Shown here one piece after another: positions 58,560-64,000 of a stretch of DNA of 64,000 nt. Under the pieces are notes generated by a model that saw nothing but the letters and a program-made list of their open reading frames with translations, was not told the origin of the DNA and made no database searches. A program made the position numbers and the translations under genes. Origin of the DNA: an uncultured Gammaproteobacteria bacterium (GTDB taxonomy: Bacteria; Pseudomonadota; Gammaproteobacteria; Pseudomonadales; Halieaceae); the NCBI GenBank assembly GCA_963840725.1, contig CAWIZY010000007.1, positions 78,474-142,473 of the forward strand, read 5' to 3'. How positions within the stretch are numbered: the stretch's first letter is position 1; every line of letters starts with the position of its first letter.

Positions 58560-58825
58560 AGAGAGTGAGTCCCGGTGAGTGATCCGTGGAGATTGTCCGA
58601 ACTGTGGTGCTGGTCACGCAATGACATAGCATCGGTTTGGCAATAACCCTATACTCTGTCTGCGTGAGTGTAAACGTGGAACTGACCCGAGTGAGAGCTG
58701 CCGCACAAAAGGCGGGCGGCTGAGAATGGCGGTCATGAAAAACGCGCCGTCACCTACGTTTTTGGGCGGCGATACAGCTAATGAATCAGGGTAACTTTTC
58801 TTTGAAAACAGAGGAATCGAAATCG

Positions 58826-59865
58826 ATGCCGTTCAGCGACCGGCTATCGGATAAGCTCTCGGCAGTGAGCGCTACATGGCTAGTGACCGGTGCCGCCGGC
58901 TTCATTGGTTCAAACCTGGTTGAATGCCTTCTGGAGCATGACCAGTCGGTGGTTGGGCTGGATAATTTTTCGACCGGACACCGCGCCAATCTGGAGGATG
59001 TTCGCGCCTCTGTCGGCGAGGATCACTGGCGCAAATTTGCTATGGTCGAAGGAGATATACGGGAAATCGAGGCCTGCCGGCAGGTGGTGGAGGGCGCTGA
59101 TTACGTTCTCCACCAGGCCGCACTTGGCAGTGTCCCCAGATCACTGGTTGATCCGATTCTCAGCAACCAGTCCAATGTCGACGGCTTTCTGAATATGTTG
59201 GTCGCAGCGCGTGACGCCGGAGTCAAGCGTTTCGTATATGCAGCCTCCTCATCGACTTATGGTGACCATCCCGGTCTGCCCAAGGTTGAAGATACCATCG
59301 GAAGGCCGCTTTCTCCCTATGCTGTGACCAAGTACGTAAACGAATTGTACGCTGACGTTTTTGCACGTGCCTATGGGATGGAGACAATCGGTCTGCGGTA
59401 TTTCAACGTGTTCGGCCGCAGACAGGACCCGCAGGGGGCTTACGCAGCGGTCATCCCGCGCTGGATTGAAGAACTGATGAGTGGAGCCGTCTGCCAGATT
59501 AATGGCGACGGCGAGACGTCCAGAGATTTTTGCTACATTGACAATACGGTCCAGGCGAATGTTCTCGCCGCCCTTGCAGACGACCCATCCGCAGCAACCA
59601 GGTTTATAACGTCGCCTACGGCGCGCGCACCACGCTCAACGAACTGTATCTGACGATTCGTGATCAGTTGGCGACCGCGCTTCCCGAACTGGTTGGTCGA
59701 GAGGCACATCGGGCCGAATTCAGAGAGGGCGATGTGAGGCACTCTCAGGCGGATATCGGGCGGGCTGTGTCGCTACTCGGTTACTCGCCTCAGTACGATG
59801 TTCACGAGGGTCTGGCAAAAACCGTGCAGTGGTATCTGGCCAGAGCAGATCAGGACCGGCCATGA
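58826..59865 (+). pseudogene. UDP-GlcNAc 4-epimerase-type SDR (TviC/VipB/WbpP-like), interrupted by one frameshift
   Basis: '[14 protein letters not shown]' and 'YAVTKYVNE' (YxxxK). After '...ALADDPSAA' the expected '[33 protein letters not shown]...WYL' is found only in the -1 frame. The junction is near 59594-59598, consistent with one missing base. Confidence 0.8.
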
Positions 59866-61262
59866 GTACCCCGGAATTGACTGAAAAGGCACCTTTGCGG
59901 GCCGGAGTTGAACGCGACCGCGCGCCAGTCGACCAGTCGGGGGTTGGTTTGGAGACAGTGGCGGTGGTGGGTTTGGGTTACGTGGGCTTGCCTCTGGCGG
60001 TTGCCTTTGGAGCCAGCCGCAGGACTCTGGGTTTTGACTTGAATGAGGCTAAACTGGACAGTTATCGCGGTGGAGTTGATCCCAGCGGCGAAGTGGCGAC
60101 CGGGGCGATGGAGGCTGCGGTCTCGCTCCAGTATACGGCGAAGCCTGAGGATCTCGCCGCGGCGGATATTATTGTTGTCGTTGTCCCCACGCCGATCGAT
60201 CAGGCCAAGCGCCCGGACCTGCGGCCACTGGAGGCTGCTTGTCGGACTGTGGCGCGACATATGACGGCCGGTACCACGGTGATCTTCGAGTCCACCGTCT
60301 ATCCCGGCTGCACAGAAGAGGTCTGCGTGCCCATTCTGGAGCAGGACTCCGGGCTGGTGTGGTCGGGCAGGTCGGGGAACGATGATGTCTCGGGGGATGG
60401 TTTTAACGTCGGTTACTCACCCGAGCGTATCAACCCCGGGGACAAGGTGCACCGACTCGAAACGATTATCAAGGTGGTCTCGGGCGATACGCCCGGGACG
60501 CTGGAGCAGGTAGCGAATCTCTATGAGTCGGTAGTGACTGCAGGCGTACACCGGGCCGCCAGCATTAAGGTAGCTGAGGCCGCCAAGGTTATTGAAAACA
60601 CCCAGCGAGACCTCAACATTGCGCTTATGAACGAGCTGGCGATCATTTTTGGCCGCCTGGACATCGACACACTCGATGTTCTGGAGGCGGCGGGGACCAA
60701 GTGGAACTTCCTGCCGTTCCGACCGGGATTGGTCGGTGGGCATTGCATTGGTGTTGACCCCTATTACCTGACCTACAAGTCTCAGAGTGTGGGGTATCAC
60801 CCCCAGGTGGTACTGGGCGGTCGCCAGACTAATGACGGCATGGGTAAATATATTGCAGAACAGACCGTGAAGCAGCTGGTTCATCTTGGTCATCCCGTCA
60901 GTGGCGCGCAGATAACGATCCTGGGCTTGACCTTCAAGGAAAACTGTCCGGACCTGAGAAATTCGAGAGTTGTCGACATTATCGCCGAACTTCGAGAATA
61001 TTGTTGCGATGTGACGGTGCACGACCCGGCTGCCAGCAGTGCTGAAGCCGAGCGAGAATACGGTATCGGGTTGACGGACTGGGAGGCGTTGCCAGCCGCG
61101 CAGGCCATTATTGTTGCCGTACCTCACCGCCAGTATCTGGACCAGTCGCAGGACGGTGGCTTGCTCAACAGCCTCGTGCCCGGTGGTCTCGTGGTTGACG
61201 TTAAATCAGTACTCGACCGCGCAATGGTAAAAACGAGCGGGGCTCGGCTCTGGCGTCTATAA
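59862..61262 (+). CDS. UDP-N-acetyl-hexosamine 6-dehydrogenase (TviB/VipA/WbpO family nucleotide-sugar dehydrogenase)
   Basis: ATG at 59862 forms an ATGA overlap with the epimerase stop. 'VAVVGLGYVGLPLAVAFG' and 'GGHCIGVDPYYL' (catalytic Cys). Confidence 0.9.
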   Translation: MSTPELTEKAPLRAGVERDRAPVDQSGVGLETVAVVGLGYVGLPLAVAFGASRRTLGFDLNEAKLDSYRGGVDPSGEVATGAMEAAVSLQYTAKPEDLAAADIIVVVVPTPIDQAKRPDLRPLEAACRTVARHMTAGTTVIFESTVYPGCTEEVCVPILEQDSGLVWSGRSGNDDVSGDGFNVGYSPERINPGDKVHRLETIIKVVSGDTPGTLEQVANLYESVVTAGVHRAASIKVAEAAKVIENTQRDLNIALMNELAIIFGRLDIDTLDVLEAAGTKWNFLPFRPGLVGGHCIGVDPYYLTYKSQSVGYHPQVVLGGRQTNDGMGKYIAEQTVKQLVHLGHPVSGAQITILGLTFKENCPDLRNSRVVDIIAELREYCCDVTVHDPAASSAEAEREYGIGLTDWEALPAAQAIIVAVPHRQYLDQSQDGGLLNSLVPGGLVVDVKSVLDRAMVKTSGARLWRL

Positions 61263-61297
61263 TAAGAGGTTGTCAGTCAGGGCTGCGGCGTCAAGCA

Positions 61298-61314
61298 TGT
61301 CAGAAATTTTAACA
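61298..61314. promoter_or_regulatory. Putative enhancer (UAS): TGT-N11-ACA, AT-rich core
   Basis: TGTCAGAAATTTTAACA lies 75 nt upstream of the -24 GG at 61390. A second copy of GAGGTTGTCAG lies at 61267-61277. Confidence 0.5.
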
Positions 61315-61388
61315 CTCAGGAGGGTGTTGTACGGTAGCCCGCGGGGGCTCCTACAAGAAAAGGCCTATAAATCAATAGGTTAAGAACA

Positions 61389-61404
61389 TGGTATGTAAAT
61401 TGCA
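61389..61404 (+). promoter_or_regulatory. Sigma-54 (-24/-12) promoter
   Basis: TGGTATGTAAATTGCA has the canonical GG-N10-GC spacing and a perfect TTGCA -12 element. It sits 56 nt upstream of the ATG at 61460. Confidence 0.6.
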
Positions 61405-61459
61405 TGCTGTGAGTAAGGGACGGCAGTTTTGCTGCATACAGGTTATGGGAATTTAAATT

Positions 61460-62026
61460 ATGTCCGAAGAGAAACAGCGGGAAGACGCGGTGAGCGCGTC
61501 TCCGAGCGACCGACATCCGCTCGACAGCTCGCGTCGAAACTTCACCAGAATGGGGCTTGGGGCGCCTGTGCTGATGACTCTGGCGAGTCAGCCGGTATTT
61601 GGTGCGAATTGTGGTTCAAATGCCGCTTCCGGGAACTTGTCTGACCCGGACAGGGGGGAATGTACCAGGGGCTTCTCGGCGGAGGCTATCCTGGACTCGG
61701 GGAACTATGGCCCCAGGTATATGCACTACCACAAAATTAGGGAGACCATGCTGGGAGAGATGGTTCACATATTCCCCGGAAATCAGCAGAACAAAAACCT
61801 CAAGCAGATTTTGATGCATGGCAACGAGATGCAGACGCTGGCGGTAGCGGCAATGATAAACGCCAGTATGTCGATGACCTATATACTCACCAGCGAACAG
61901 CTGGCGGAGTTGCTAAGAAACGGGACCCCCGCCTCCAATGGTGCTTTATCGGCACGTATGCGTCGGGTTTCCATGCCTTATTACGGAATGACCACCGAGC
62001 AGTTCCTCGCGTGGACGATGATCTAG
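61460..62026 (+). CDS. Hypothetical exported protein with a twin-arginine (Tat)-type signal
   Basis: 188 aa. 'SRRNFTRMGLGAPVLMTLASQPVFGA' fits the S/T-R-R-x-F-x motif plus an h-region. No family recognised. It is preceded by a sigma-54 promoter and UAS. Confidence 0.6.
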   Translation: MSEEKQREDAVSASPSDRHPLDSSRRNFTRMGLGAPVLMTLASQPVFGANCGSNAASGNLSDPDRGECTRGFSAEAILDSGNYGPRYMHYHKIRETMLGEMVHIFPGNQQNKNLKQILMHGNEMQTLAVAAMINASMSMTYILTSEQLAELLRNGTPASNGALSARMRRVSMPYYGMTTEQFLAWTMI

Positions 62027-62262
62027 CAGGTCGTTGATTTCGTTTTCGAGGCATTCAGTGGCAGGAAAAAGCAGGCGAACTGAGGGCGTGTACAGTGAGT
62101 ACATGACCTATTTGAGCCTGGTTTCAATGTAGCGGCGGTCGGACCGGTAGAACAACAACAACCTGCGAGGTCACTTGATCACCTCCTTGGGGCCGGGCAG
62201 CCAGCGATAGTGTGAACAGACGCTCGGTTTAGCACTCTTGGACCGTCTGCAGCGGGGGTGCT

Positions 62263-62588
62263 GTGATAGACTCCCGCAGCATGATATTTGGTAATCACAC
62301 ACGTCTTTCTGCGCCCTCTGGGCCGCGACCATTGGTGCGGTGGCTGGGTTCAGAGGTCGTCGTTTACAATCCGGTTTCAGCCGATACGCACTTGTTGAAT
62401 CCCTCGGTGGTCGCTGTACTCGAAGATATTATCGCCGGCGAGCGAACGTATCCGTCGTTGCTGCCCGGTTTCGGGATCAGGCTGCCCCTGGCATGTCTGC
62501 TGCGCAAGCGGAAGCCTATTTGTGTGATGCCCTGACTCAGCTTTCAGCACTCGATCTGATTGACGTAGTCGAGGCGCAGGCAGATTGA
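62263..62588 (+). pseudogene. HPr-rel-A-system PqqD-family protein, apparently frameshifted
   Basis: The N-terminal 'LVRWLGSEVVVYNPVSADTHLLNPSVVAVLEDI' (62263 frame) is PqqD-like. A plausible C-terminus 'VVAARFRDQAAPGMSAAQAEAYLCDALTQLSALDLIDV' is in the 62340 frame and ends at a TGA overlapping the next gene's TTG start. The switch lies somewhere in 62440-62500. Confidence 0.6.
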
Positions 62589-63490
62589 AGCTGGCCGATC
62601 TCGACCCGGTGCAGCTCAGGGATGGGCTGAAAGAGGGCACTCTTGGGCTGTGTATTGGCGACTTTGATGTGCGCCTCAAGTCATCGCTGCCCGCTGTGTT
62701 GCTCAACCTGCAACAGTTGTACGCCAACTACCCAATACTGGCGCAAGGCGAGATTGCGGATTTCTATCTCGAATTGAAATCGCCAAGCATGTTGCGGCGG
62801 TTCTTGCGGCCCCAGGTCAATTTCTACAATGACGGCGTCGTGCCTTTCAAGCCGCTTCCGCTGGCTCAGGCCTTTGCGATGTTTGAGTGGGGGCTGAACT
62901 GGTGTGTCGCCGGCAACGCTCATGACCGGCTGATCATCCATGCCGCCGTGGTTGAGCGCCAGGGCAAGGCGGTTATTCTTCCGGGAACCCCCGGCAGCGG
63001 CAAGAGCACCCTCTGCGCGGCCATGATCAGTCGCGGTTGGCGACTACTTTCTGATGAAATGACGCTGATTGATCTTGAGAATGGTCTGGTCAGACCTTTT
63101 CCGCGCCCGGTGAGCTTGAAAAACCAGTCCATAGAGGTAATCCAGTCCTATGCTCCGGATGCCTTTATGGGCGAGGTGGTGCGCGATACCTCCAAAGGAA
63201 CGGTTGGCCATCTGCGTCCGCCCGCAGCGAGTGTCGACCGGGCCCTGGAACCCGCAGCTCCGGCACTGGTCGTATTTCCCAAATACCGGGCGAATGCCGG
63301 TGTAGCGTTGACCCCCATGTCCAGAGGTTACGCATTTCATGGAGATGGTAAGCAATAGCTTCAACTACCATGTGCTGGGTCAGATGGTTTTGAAGCGCTC
63401 GCCGCTCTGATGGAGCGCAGCGATAGCTATAGCCTCGACTATAGCGATCTGGATCAGGCGCTGGCGACCATAGGGGAACTTTTGGAGTGA
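62585..63490 (+). pseudogene. HprK-related kinase A (HPr-rel-A system), with two nearby opposite-sign frameshifts
   Basis: 'ILPGTPGSGKSTLCAAM' P-loop. After '...LTPMSRGYAF' the expected 'MEMVSNSFNYHVLGQ' is at +1 (63339-63383). The original frame then resumes as 'GFEALAALMERSDSYSLDYSDLDQALATIGELLE' up to TGA 63488-63490. Read without correction, the original frame stops at TAG 63356-63358. Confidence 0.7.
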
Positions 63491-64000
63491 GGACGCCCGC
63501 GGTGTTAATCCGTTATCTGCGCAATTCTGGTCAGGCTGCCAGTGAGTTTACGATGGCAGACTGGTCAACGTTGTTGCGCGAGTCACAGCGCAACAAGCTG
63601 TTGAGCCGGGTAGCCGGCACGTTGACGCAGGATGGCAGCTTGCAAGCCTGCCGGAAAAAGTGCGCCGCCGTTTCGAGGGTGCACTCAAGGTGGCGGCGGG
63701 CAGCAGTCGGTCAGTGCGATGGGAGGTCGAAAAGATCGAAACGGCCCTGTCGGGTGCGAAAATTCCCTTTGTTTTGTTAAAGGGGGCTGCGTACGAAATG
63801 GCCGGTCTGCCCGCTGCCACAGGACGATTGTTTGTCGATGTGGATATCATGGTCCGGCTGGATGACCTCGAGCGCGCGGAGCGAGCGCTGTTTGACCACG
63901 ACTGGATATCTTCCAAGCTCGACGCCTATGACCAGCGCTATTACCGTACCTGGATGCATGAGATCCCGCCAATGCGCCATATCACCCGAAATACGTCTCT
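63487..64000 (+). pseudogene. HPr-rel-A-system nucleotidyltransferase-family protein (5' part, runs off the window), apparently frameshifted
   Basis: GTG at 63487 overlaps the previous stop. 'WSTLLRESQRNKLLSRVAGTL' continues as 'LPEKVRRRFEGALKVA..WEVEKIETAL..IPFVLLKGAAYEMAGLPAATGRLFVDVDIMV..YDQRYYRTWMHEIPP' only in the -1 frame, which stays open to the window end. The switch is near 63630-63647. Confidence 0.65.

Noticed and set aside
58605-58620. Sigma-54-like match TGGTGCTGGTCACGCA upstream of the tviC-like gene, and a similar minus-strand match at 39493-39509 upstream of the sugar transferase
   Set aside because: Both have correct GG/GC spacing. They lack the companion UAS at about 76 nt, and one has a weak -12 element while the other overlaps the likely start codon. 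Too weak to report as features.
61370-61382. IHF consensus match AATCAATAGGTTA between the UAS and the sigma-54 promoter
   Set aside because: It fits WATCAANNNNTTR but ends only 7 nt from the -24 element, closer than functional IHF bends usually lie. The other two modules lack an equally good match.
32499-64000. Accessory half as a mobile genomic island or prophage
   Set aside because: No integrase, transposase, tRNA target, flanking direct repeats or phage structural genes were recognised. GC content looks similar to the housekeeping half apart from short AT-rich promoter regions.

Overview
This 64 kb window of roughly 58-60% GC looks like a non-enteric gammaproteobacterial chromosome. The call rests on Pseudomonas-like synteny: mtaD-ubiG-mupP-yciK, then gyrA-serC-pheA-tyrA-aroA-cmk-rpsA-ihfB-lapAB-pyrF-comEA-wbpKLM. 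All domain and family calls were made by eye from the ORF translations, with no HMM or database search.

Bases 3-32 kb are densely packed, apparently intact housekeeping genes.

The first 3 kb holds a compact operon that runs in from upstream of the window. It pairs two paralogous TIR-like/deoxyribosyltransferase-like domains with a macro domain and a DUF4071/TPR module. I consider it the best candidate for an uncharacterised nucleotide-signalling conflict system.

Bases 32-64 kb are accessory and built around a PEP-CTERM/exosortase-type exopolysaccharide regulon:
- prsK, prsR and prsT.
- A TIGR03013-type sugar transferase.
- An exosortase-A-associated acyl-CoA ligase and PLP decarboxylase.
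- A GNAT acyltransferase next to a ThiF-like enzyme.
- One PEP-CTERM protein.
- A COG1033 RND exporter fused to a LolA-like domain, followed by a DUF1302-like barrel.
- tviC/tviB-like sugar-nucleotide genes.
- An HPr-rel-A triad.
- A 1032-aa kinase/M23/aminotransferase fusion.

Two sequence-level observations stand out. First, three sigma-54 promoters each sit 75-76 nt downstream of an AT-rich TGT-N11-ACA element, which makes them a candidate PrsR regulon signature. Second, nine reading-frame lesions (eight frameshifts, several in homopolymer runs, and one in-frame TGA) all fall in seven accessory genes after 39.6 kb. I detected none in the roughly 40 genes before that point.

No rRNA, tRNA, CRISPR array, transposase or integrase was recognised.
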